Below, piece after piece: positions 49,753-58,834 of a stretch of DNA of 64,000 bases. Numbering within the stretch: position 1 is the first letter of the stretch; every line of letters begins with the position of its first letter. Origin of the DNA: Rebecca billardiae RCC1528 (taxonomy: Eukaryota; Protista; Haptophyta); contig OZ251224.1 of NCBI GenBank assembly GCA_965240325.2, positions 1,674,001 to 1,738,000 of the forward strand, in the 5' to 3' direction. Both the position numbers and the translations under genes were made by a program. Under the pieces are notes generated by a model. It worked only from the letters and a program-made list of their open reading frames with translations, did no database searches and was not told where the DNA came from.

Positions 49753-51691
49753 CACAGTGAACAAAAACGGGATTATCGTTACGCCGTAACCCGTCGGACA
49801 CGAGCCGATTTTCGGGGAAATTCTCGCGCGGGCCGCACGAGCGCACAGAAGACGCTACGGTGCGGCCGCGCAGGCGCCTGACGAGTGCCCCGGGCATGGG
49901 ACTGCAACATCCCACCCAGCCTCCCCATCCCTCCGCCCCTCTCTGCCTCGCCGGGTTGCACGCGGCTGGCCGGTCACGTAGCTCGTGGTGAGCCATTCGT
50001 GAGCGTGGAGCCCTGCTGCTCAGTGCGGCGATGCAGCGAGGCGAAGCGGCGCGTAAGATGGCGCATCTTACTCCGAATGCAGTCTGCTGCCAGCACAGCC
50101 GCCCTCGCCGGAGTGCCTGGTCGTCACCTTCGTCGTGTGCACCTGTCGCGTGCTGCCGTCAACAAGCGAAGTCTCAGGCCTCCCCGGAGCCATTCAAACA
50201 CGCTCGTCCTCGACGAGGCGTGCGCGAGGCACCGCGCGAGCGCGGGAGCGGCCCTTCCCAGCATACTCCTGCACTGCCATCCACCTCGCCACAGCCTGCC
50301 ATGTCACACTCCTCCCCGCACGCAGTGCTTGCATGCCGCGTGCAAGTCGGTCGACTGACCTGGTAGAAGGGTGCACAGATATTTTCGACTGCGAGGAGAC
50401 GGCGACGAGCACAGGCGCGCGGCGCCGTCCCGCGCTTCATTGGGCTGTTCTAGACCAGTCGCGCGCCCGCGGCACCGCACCCGCCCTCTCCGCGTCGCGT
50501 GCCACTCCGTGGTTGGTTGGGGGCTGGCCAGGGTAGGGCTGGAGGCTTCGGCCGCCAGCCTGATCACCCGGAGCCCGTTATAAAGGGGAATTTAAAACAC
50601 CGCGCGCGCCCTCTCGGGCGATGCGAGTCTCGCCATAGACGGCGATCTTGCGGCCGATTCGTACCCGCATGTATTCAACAAATACGACAAATCGCCGAGC
50701 TGAACGCACCTCGTCGGTCGCGCTGTGTGACGTCGCTCGCCGCAGGAATTTCGGTACGCAACGAGCGCACGGCGCACGCGCACGGCGCGGCGTGGGAGGC
50801 GGGGCGGTGGTGTCCTCGAGCCATCCTCGCCGTCGTCCCCCCCCCTCGTAGTCGCCCATCACTCCATCGCCGAGCGGAAGCTCGACGCACCGTCTGGCGT
50901 CGACGCGCGCGCCGCGATATACTATACAGTGAAGGTGATGGTGCTTGCTGCGCTCAACGCCAGGTGCGCCTATGTGCGCGAGCTCAAGCGGTGGACGAGC
51001 ACGGTCGCGTGCTACCCGCACGTGGTCTTCGCCATCGCCCCTCGCGCCATCGTGCGACTCGGCGGCGCGCTGCACCGCGCGAGCACACAGGCGTCGGAGC
51101 ACATCGGCAAGATCATCGGCAACACGTTCCGCGACCGCACGTGCCGGGCGGGCGGGCTGAGCTCGAACAGACGCGGCACGAGCATGCCGCGAGCAGGCCG
51201 CGTCGAGCAGGCCGCCAAGCAGGTGATCGTGGGCAAGATCATGAAGACGCGCACCAACACCGTCGACAAGAACTGACTCAGAACTGCCGGCTGCGACTGC
51301 GCGCAGCAAAGACGGTACAGCCGGGCGCATCCAGTGGCAGCGGGCCTGCGAGCGAGGTGCGTCTGCGCGAGATCATCCATGCGCGTCGCACCGCATCTCC
51401 ACCTCCGCCATCTGACGCCTGCGCACCGCATGCGCGCACGGCCGCGGGGTCGCGCGACGCAGGGCGATTGAGATGACATTCACGCGCGTGTCGCGGGCAG
51501 TAATAGACGAGGAGACGAGGTGGCAGGGGCTGGTGAGCGGTGTCTGGAGCATGTATTGGGTGGTTGCGCACCTGCCAGTGCCCGTCCGCGCCGGCTCAGG
51601 GTTCTTACTAGGCCGCCGGCCCGCGGCGCGCGGCGCCACCCGTAGAGTGATGGACATTTCGCCCCCATTTTCACTGATTTTGTTCACCGTG
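49753..51691 (+). mobile_element. Degenerate Transib/Chapaev/RAG-like DNA transposon with a family B insertion at 50509-50596
   Basis: TIRs CACAGTGAACAAAAAC (49753) and CACGGTGAACAAAATC (reverse complement of 51676-51691) match at 14/16 and bracket a transposase-like fragment. No TSD is visible. Confidence 0.55.
50830..51276 (+). pseudogene. C-terminal fragment of a RAG1/Transib/Chapaev-like DDE transposase
   Basis: YPHVVFAIAPRAIVRLGGALHRASTQASEHIGK aligns by eye with RAG1 [32 protein letters not shown]. The first about 90 bp recur inverted at about 28037-28130. Confidence 0.55.
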
Positions 51692-51702
51692 TATCATACG
51701 GC

Positions 51703-53508
51703 CTACGTGCCGAGCGACAGTCCGAGCGTGGTCTGCGCCCACTCGACCACTTGCGCGCACAGCGGGTGCGCGCGGCCGTGCGTGTGCCGCATCCCCTCGT
51801 ACGCCGCGCTGGCGTGCCGCGCGGCCTCCGCCGGCTGGTCGCAGACTGCGCTCAGCTTGGCGAGCACGAACTGGTGCACGGCCGCGTTCGCGCTGTGTGC
51901 GCCGTACGCGAGGGCGCACGCCGCCTCGTTGGCGCGCGCGTGCGCAAACGCGTCGGCCCAGCGGCCGCGCTCGATCAGCGCGGTCGTGAGCGCCGTGCGC
52001 GCACGCAGCAGCCACGCATTGCCCGGCGCGCGCAGCACGCGCGCCCACTCGGCCACAGCCGCCTGCGCGCGCTCCACCGCCGCATCGGCCGCCGCGCCGC
52101 CGCCGCGCGCGAAGCCCTCCAGCTCCCGCGCGGCCTGCTGCGCGCCGAGCCGCGCAGCACGCGCGCGCTCGAGCTCTCGCGCGGAGATGCGGCAGCCGCG
52201 CGCGCACTCGAGCGGCGGCGGGCCCGCGCCGCGAGCGCCGAGCGCCCGGCCGTCGTCGAGCCACGCGCCGCCGCACGCCGAGCACGCAAAGGCGGCGAGC
52301 GCGCGCTCGTGCGAGCTGGCTTCGGCCGAGTCGGCGCAGCGAGCGCAGGTGCACTCGAAGCTGTAGCCGTTGCGCAGCGCGAGGCGGCGCTCGTCGCGCG
52401 GCGCGGCGAGGTCGATGTAGCTGATCGTGAGCTCCTCGCCCGCGCCGAGCCGCCGGAGCGCGCGCACCACCATCACCGGCCCCTCAAACATCTGCACCGC
52501 GCTCGGCGCGCACGCGTGGTTCGCGAGCGCCGCCAGCGGGTAGACCCCCGTGCCGCGCGGCTGCAGCTCGCCGTCGTACAGGGTGTGCGCGTTGGCGCGG
52601 AAGCGCGCGAGCAGCGCGAGCAGCGCGTCGGGCGGCGTCGGCCGCCCCGCGCGCTGGAGCAGCTGCGCCGTCAGCGCCGCCACCGCGCCCATCTCTGACA
52701 GCCGATCAGCCGGCAGCTCCGAGGGCGCGGGGCAGTGCAGCGCGAGAACGGCCGAGTGCGCGCGTGGCCACGCGCCAGCCTCGGGGGCGCGCGCCGCCTC
52801 GGACGCGGCGGGCGCGGCCGCCGGCGCCGCGCCGGGCGCATCCCCGCGCGCCGCGCGTGCGAGCTCCACGCACTGCGCGAGCAGCAGCATCGTCGGCGTG
52901 GGCGTGCGCGGCGCTGCGGCGCGGAAGAGGGAGCACTCAGCCGCGTGGCCGCGCTGCCGCCACGCGAGTCGCTGGTGCGCCTTGCAGCAGTAGCGCGCGT
53001 ACTTGCAGCCCGAGCAGCGGTGGAGCTCGGTGCACTCACGCGGCGCGAGGCACACGTGGCAGAACGCGTCGGCCACCTCCGCGCTCAGCGCGAGCGCCGC
53101 CGCGTCGGCGCGCAGCATGACATCACCGCGCTCAAACCCGGCGACGGCCACGAGCCCTCGGCCGCGCGGCGCGCCATAGTCGACAGCGTCGAGCCCGAAC
53201 GGGCGGAGTAGCGCGCGCCACGTGTCCAGCGCCGCGCGCTCCTCCGGCTCCGCTGCGCGCGGCGGCGGCGCGCCGAACGAGGTGCGCGAGGCCGTCACGC
53301 GCTGCGACGCCAGCACGCCCTCCACCCACGCGGCCTCGCGCTCGGTGCGCGCCTCCTCCGCGCGCTCCTCGGCGAGCATGCGCGCCTCCTCGCGATCAAG
53401 CTCCTCGAATGTGTAGCCCGAGCCCGGCTCCCCGTCATCGTCCGAGTCGAGGTCCTCGCCGAGGTCCAAGCCCGCCAGGGGCTCGACGGTCGTGGGCGCG
53501 GCCACCAT
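51703..53508 (-). CDS. SMYD-family SET/MYND lysine methyltransferase
   Basis: RGRGLVA, MYND finger CHVC...CSGC..ARYC.KAHQR.AW..GH..EC, NHACAP, GEELTISYID and F.C.C.RC post-SET. Confidence 0.92.
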   Translation of the reverse strand: MVAAPTTVEPLAGLDLGEDLDSDDDGEPGSGYTFEELDREEARMLAEERAEEARTEREAAWVEGVLASQRVTASRTSFGAPPPRAAEPEERAALDTWRALLRPFGLDAVDYGAPRGRGLVAVAGFERGDVMLRADAAALALSAEVADAFCHVCLAPRECTELHRCSGCKYARYCCKAHQRLAWRQRGHAAECSLFRAAAPRTPTPTMLLLAQCVELARAARGDAPGAAPAAAPAASEAARAPEAGAWPRAHSAVLALHCPAPSELPADRLSEMGAVAALTAQLLQRAGRPTPPDALLALLARFRANAHTLYDGELQPRGTGVYPLAALANHACAPSAVQMFEGPVMVVRALRRLGAGEELTISYIDLAAPRDERRLALRNGYSFECTCARCADSAEASSHERALAAFACSACGGAWLDDGRALGARGAGPPPLECARGCRISARELERARAARLGAQQAARELEGFARGGGAAADAAVERAQAAVAEWARVLRAPGNAWLLRARTALTTALIERGRWADAFAHARANEAACALAYGAHSANAAVHQFVLAKLSAVCDQPAEAARHASAAYEGMRHTHGRAHPLCAQVVEWAQTTLGLSLGT

Positions 53509-53555
53509 CGTGCGGCCGAACGGCTGGGACTCTGGGAGCCCAGACGGCGCGAGCC

Positions 53556-56500
53556 ATGGGGGTGCGCCGACGAGTCGCGGCGCTCGCGGCGGCGCTCGCG
53601 TGCGCCGCGGTGGGCGCGCACCCCGAGCGGCCCGACGCGCCGACGTGGTGCGATGCGACCACCACCGGGGCGCTCGTCTCCTGGCGGCGGCCGAGCGTGC
53701 CGCCTGGCGAGCCCGCGGCGCATGCGTTTGAGCTGCACCGTCGCGACGGCGTGACCGGCAGGTGGGAGCCGGTGTACAGCGGCCCGGCGTTCTCGCTGCG
53801 CGAGGGCGGCCTGCGGCCGGGGACGACGTACCACTACCGCGTGCAGGCGATCAGCGCGCGCGGGCGCAGCGCCTTCAGCGAGGTCGCCGCGCTGCACTGC
53901 GAGCAGGTGGGCGTGGACCCGCAGTCGATGGGCGACGTGCGCAGCGTCGACCACAACGCGGACGGCGTGATCGACAGCACGGAGCTGCGCGACATGATCG
54001 CGGAGGAGATGAGCGACCTCTCCGCGCCCACCCTCGAGCTCGGCCTCCGCTCCGCGCTGAGCAACGTCGACTCGAACGTCGACGGCCTCCTCACCGCCGA
54101 GGAGCTCGACAGCTACCGCAACCAGCTCGGCTCGACGCTCACGGTCGAGGAGGTGGCGGACTGGGTGGCGCACGCGGTGCGGCTGCCGCAGTACGCGGCG
54201 GTGTTCCGCGAGAACGCCGTCTCGGGCTACGAGTTCCGCGGCCTCCTCGAGCACGGCGGCTCGATGCTGCGCGAGGAGCTCGGGATCGAGAACCGGCTGC
54301 ATCGGCGGCAGCTGATGCGCGCGATGACGATGCGCCTCTTCGGGATCGGCTCGGTGCCGAAGCGGCCGGCGGCGCCGAGGTGGAGCGAGCCGAGCCTCGA
54401 CGGGGGCGTGGTGACGTGGGAGCCGCCGCCCGACTCGGAGGTCCACGCCTACCGCCTGCAGCGCAACGACGGCATCGGGATGGCGTGGCACACCGTGTAC
54501 GAGGGCGAGCGCACCTCGATCGCAGACGCTGGTCTCAGGCCGCACGTTACGTACCAGTACCGCGTGCTGGCGTGGAACGCGCTCGGGCGCAGCGAGTACA
54601 GCGAGTCGGTGGCGGCGCACTGCCGCGCGACGAGCGCCGCCGCGCAGGCGCTCGGCGACGTGCGCAAGGCCGACGGCAACCGCGACGGCGTGCTCGACCG
54701 CGCCGAGCTGCGCGAGCTCGTCAAGGACGTTGTTGCGGACGGGCGCGAGGACGACGTGCAGCAGCAGCTCACGAGCGCGCTGCACAACGTGGACCGCAAC
54801 GTGGACGGGCTGCTCACGGCGGAGGAGCTCGACTCGTACCGCATGCGCCTCGGCTCCGCCCTCACCGTCGACGAGGTCGCCGACTGGATCGCGCACGCCG
54901 TGCAGCTGCCGCAGTACGCGCACGCGTTCAGAGAGAACGCCATCGTCGGCCACGACTTCCGCGGGCTGCTCGAGGCGAACGGCGAGCTGCTGCAGGAGGA
55001 GCTCGGGATCGACTCGAAGCTGCACCGGCGGCAGATCACGCGCGCGATGAGCATGCGCGTGTACGGCATGGGCGAGCCCCCGACCGCGCCCGCGCGGCCG
55101 AGCGCGCGGCTCACGAGCAGCCACGAGGTGCTCGTCACGTGGCGCACGCCGGCCGACGACCCGGCGCCGCACGTGCACAAGTTCCGCGTGCAGAGGCGTG
55201 AGGGGCGGCGCGGCGAGTGGCACAACGTGTACGACGGCCCAGCGCGCTCGATGATCGACATCGTCGACGCGCACACCGGCGGCCGCCTCGAGTACCGCGT
55301 GCAGGCGTGGAACCTGATCGGCGGGTCGCCGTACTCGGCGGAGGTGCGGCTGTCGACCGCCAGCACGGTGTACTGGCTCCTGTCGTGGCTCATGTCGCTC
55401 TCGACGCTCGGGGTGGTGGCGTGGCAGGTGCCCGCGGTGCAGCTGTGGGCGTACACGTTCTGCGCGCGCGTGTGGGCCGCGTACAAGGACCTCCCGCTCC
55501 CGCAGTCGCCGCGCACGCCCGACGTCCCCGCGTACATCCGCGGGCTCGCGCCGGCGGCGCGCCGCACGGCCAACCGCGCGGCGAACGCCTCCACCGCCTC
55601 GCTCGGCGCGATCCTGAGCTCCGCGTCCGCCGCGGCGGTGGCGGCGATGCCCTTCAGCCGGCGTGGCGCGAGGCAGCCGCGGCAGTCCAGGCCGTCCAGA
55701 CCGTCGGCGGCCGCGGCTGCAGCGGCCGCCGCGGCCGCGGCCGCGGCCGCCGCATCGGCGTTGGACCCTCTCGCCACGCCTGGCCCCACGCTGGCCGGCG
55801 GCGCGCCGCAGCCCCTGGCAGAGGACGGCCGCGCGTGGGACACGCCCGGCGCGGGCAAGCTCGCGCCCGCGACGGACTCGACGAAGAGCTCGAAGACCTC
55901 GCACTGGCGCGTGCTGCAGGACTCCCTCCGCTCGCACGGCGCGGACGCCTCGACCTCGCTCAACGCGCAGCTCAAGCGCGTCTCTGCCGCCCTCACGCCC
56001 TCAGGCTCTGAGCACGAGGCCCTCGCCGCGCTGCCGGAGCGCCACTACACGCCCATCGGCGAGAGCCCGCTCGCGGGGAGCTTCGGGGCGAGCTCGCGGC
56101 TTGGCCCGGCCGTGCGGCACATCGACGGCCTCGTGCCTGGGCTCGTGCCGCGCAGCGCGCCGCCCGTCACCACGTCGCACTCCGCGTCGGAGATGATGTC
56201 GCCGCTGCGCCCGCCGCCGCGCATGCCCGCGCCGCGCGCGGCGGCGGCGCCGGAGCCGCGGGTCGCGTGGTCACACTCCGTGTCCGACCTCGCGGTGAAG
56301 GCGGCGGCGGCGACGTTGAAGAGCCTCGACAGCGTGCGCTCGGTCGCCGTGCCGACCACGGTGCCTCAGGTGGGCGAGGACGACATCAACAACATCGACC
56401 AGTGCTACCTGTGCCACCGCTCTGTCGGCTCACTCTTCCGCATCCGGCACATCTGCAAGGTGTGTCGGCGCATCTTCTGCGCGGACTGTGGGCACACGCC

Positions 56501-56735
56501 GCACCCGTTCCCGAGCGTCATCTGCACGGACCGGTGCATCTGCCGGCACCACCTCGAGCAGTCGGGCGTCGTGCTGCCGGAGCGCAAGGGGAGGCGCGCG
56601 GCTTGGCCCGGTGGCAACGCCACCAACGGCTCGACGAGCGCGAGCGCTGCCGTCAGCAGCGACAGCAGACATGACGGCGCGGGTCCTGCGCCGTCCTTCT
56701 CTTGGCCGAGCTTCCCGTTTTCCAGCAGCAAGTAA
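53556..56735 (+). CDS. STIM-like membrane protein: signal peptide-(FN3-EF-EF-SAM)x2-FN3-TM-low complexity-FYVE-like zinc finger
   Basis: FN3 (LRPGTTYHYRVQA), four EF loops, SAM (TVEEVADWVAHAVRLPQY...HRRQL...LFG), TM at about 55365-55460 and CxxC...RHICKVC..IFCADC. Confidence 0.85.
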   Translation: MGVRRRVAALAAALACAAVGAHPERPDAPTWCDATTTGALVSWRRPSVPPGEPAAHAFELHRRDGVTGRWEPVYSGPAFSLREGGLRPGTTYHYRVQAISARGRSAFSEVAALHCEQVGVDPQSMGDVRSVDHNADGVIDSTELRDMIAEEMSDLSAPTLELGLRSALSNVDSNVDGLLTAEELDSYRNQLGSTLTVEEVADWVAHAVRLPQYAAVFRENAVSGYEFRGLLEHGGSMLREELGIENRLHRRQLMRAMTMRLFGIGSVPKRPAAPRWSEPSLDGGVVTWEPPPDSEVHAYRLQRNDGIGMAWHTVYEGERTSIADAGLRPHVTYQYRVLAWNALGRSEYSESVAAHCRATSAAAQALGDVRKADGNRDGVLDRAELRELVKDVVADGREDDVQQQLTSALHNVDRNVDGLLTAEELDSYRMRLGSALTVDEVADWIAHAVQLPQYAHAFRENAIVGHDFRGLLEANGELLQEELGIDSKLHRRQITRAMSMRVYGMGEPPTAPARPSARLTSSHEVLVTWRTPADDPAPHVHKFRVQRREGRRGEWHNVYDGPARSMIDIVDAHTGGRLEYRVQAWNLIGGSPYSAEVRLSTASTVYWLLSWLMSLSTLGVVAWQVPAVQLWAYTFCARVWAAYKDLPLPQSPRTPDVPAYIRGLAPAARRTANRAANASTASLGAILSSASAAAVAAMPFSRRGARQPRQSRPSRPSAAAAAAAAAAAAAAAASALDPLATPGPTLAGGAPQPLAEDGRAWDTPGAGKLAPATDSTKSSKTSHWRVLQDSLRSHGADASTSLNAQLKRVSAALTPSGSEHEALAALPERHYTPIGESPLAGSFGASSRLGPAVRHIDGLVPGLVPRSAPPVTTSHSASEMMSPLRPPPRMPAPRAAAAPEPRVAWSHSVSDLAVKAAAATLKSLDSVRSVAVPTTVPQVGEDDINNIDQCYLCHRSVGSLFRIRHICKVCRRIFCADCGHTPHPFPSVICTDRCICRHHLEQSGVVLPERKGRRAAWPGGNATNGSTSASAAVSSDSRHDGAGPAPSFSWPSFPFSSSK

Positions 56736-56972
56736 CGCGGAGAGTGTCGCGCCACGATGCTCATTCATCGGCAGCATCATCAGTACAGCATTCTGCCAGC
56801 AGCAGTAGTCATCGTCATCGTCGCAGTGTGGCGCCGACGCGTAACTTCTGAGATATAGCTAGCGCCGCCTATTTATTGGCGTCCAAGTGATCGTCGGTCC
56901 GCCGAATCATCGCGGAGACACGACGCGCGCGCGCCGACGTGGCGTCACATATTGTCGTCGTCATCAGCATCA

Positions 56973-58615
56973 TCACGGCGGCTGACCCTGCTGCGGGGTG
57001 GCCTCCGCGAACCAGCGCTTGATGGCATCGACCTCGGCGCGACGCACAGCGCGCACCGCGGGAGGGTCCTTGTCGTGTGAGAAGAAGAGGTCGATGTGGT
57101 GCCCGACGCCAGGGATGACGTGCGCGCGCACGCTCTCGGACACGTTGCGCGTGACTCCGCCGCCTCGCCAGGGGTCCAGCTCGCCGTTGGAGAAGAAGAG
57201 GTTGGAGGCGGACTCGAGGGCCGCCCAGCCGCCGTAATACACCACCGGCCACTCCGGCCGCGGCCGCACGCGCCATCGGATCTGGCACCCAGCGGTCGTG
57301 GCCGTGAGGTTGAACGACTGCGGCCAGAACATGTCGGCCACGCCGTCGCGGCTCGCAGGCTGGAGCATGTCCGAGCAGAAGAGGTAGTCCCACAGCTCGC
57401 CGTCGATCGTGGTCTCGTTGTTCCCCGTGACAGAGAGGTCGAAGCAGCCGGCAGCCGCGGCCGGGCTGTCCGTGTAATTGTAGAAGACCGACGCACCGTC
57501 GCGCAGCGCGGCGAGCAGCGCGCCGCGTGCGCCGCTGGCGGCGCTTGCCTCGATGCGACGGCACGCCTCGCGCATCGGGAACGGGGGCAGCGACCCCTGG
57601 CCGTTGAGCATGTATGACGAGGCGTACGGGAAGCTGCCCATCGCCATGAAGTCGAAGGCTGACTGGATCCAGAACGCCTGCGCACACGCAGACAGACGGT
57701 CGGGGCCGGCGCGGCTCAGCGGCAGCTGGGGCAGGCAGCGCAACGCGGGCCAGGGCGCGTGCTGCACGCCCGCTGGATCGCGCGCGCAAGCGCAAGCTAG
57801 CGCACCAGTTGCTCGACATGATCGGAGGAGAGGAGCTTGGAGTCCGGGCACAGCCGGAAGAGGCGGAAGAGGCGCGCGCGACCGGCTTCGGTGCGGCCGA
57901 CGTCGAAAAGCTCGCGCCATGCGCTGCGAATGTGCGCGGCACAACTATCAGTTGCACCGCCCGCGGCGCTGGCGTCATACGTGACAGATGCGCCGAAGCT
58001 GCCGACCTCGTACGGCGGGTCGAGACCAAGAAACGACAGGATGGGCGCGCTCGCCGCCAGCGCGCCGTCGATGGCGGACGGGTACTTGATGCGCAGCCAG
58101 CTCGCCAGCATCCCGCCGTACGACCCGCCGAGCGCGGCCGCGGGGCGGCGCGAGTGCGGCGGTCCGCGCAAGAAGTGCAGGAGCTGCGCGAAGTCGGCGA
58201 GCGCCTGCTCGGAGCTCAGAAACTCCATGTGGCGGCGGAGCGTGGCTCGAGCGAACGGCATCGACTTGCCAAAGTAACGATGCTCCGCCCACACGAGCGC
58301 CGCGCCCAGCTCGTCCGCGTGCTCCCACATCAGCCCCGTCGCGTTCACGTACAGCTCGACATCCGCCTCGTTGCCGGCGTAGAAGAGGATGGGCGCGCCC
58401 TCGGAGCGAGCGAGGAGGTCCGTCCGGCATACGATATACCGCTGCTTCCACACGAGCCCTTGCCCTGGAGGCCGCCTGGGTGCAAAGTGGTCAACGGGCT
58501 GGTCGAAGAAGCGCTCGTCGCAAGTGCTCCGCATGTGCGGCGGCAATGGCGAATCCCAGCGCGAGATGTGGGGAAGAAGCGCAGTGGCAATGTGCGCCGC
58601 GACGACTGCGAGCAT
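56973..58615 (-). CDS. PRCP: Lysosomal Pro-X carboxypeptidase (peptidase S28); intron 57678-57805
   Basis: FDQPVDHF, PILFYAGNE, AEHRYFGKSMPF, GGSYGGML, FSNGELDPW and HHIDL. Confidence 0.93.
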
Positions 58616-58834
58616 CGTCGAGGTCGTGAGGCGGCAGAGGCCGTGATCGTTCACGATCGTCGGGCTCGAGTACGCTCACGGCCCCGGCCGGCCTCGGCGC
58701 GAGATCGCGGCCGAGGGAGTCCGGGCCGGGGGGGCGCCCGCCGGATCCGCGAACCGTTCGAAAAATAATGGCGGCGACTTCTTCCAGCCTCATCAGGAGG
58801 GGGGCTCGCTTGTAGTCGGCTGGCTAGGAGCGCG

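Noticed and set aside
49753-49769. Functional V(D)J-type RSS
   Set aside because: The heptamer and nonamer-like words are 1 nt apart rather than 12 or 23, so this is treated only as a transposon TIR.
53295-55937. Long antisense or alternate-frame ORFs (for example 880 aa here, 9759-10973, 18341-20146, 32133-33356)
   Set aside because: These are shadows of GC-rich real genes, with Arg/Ala/Gly-rich translations and no motifs.
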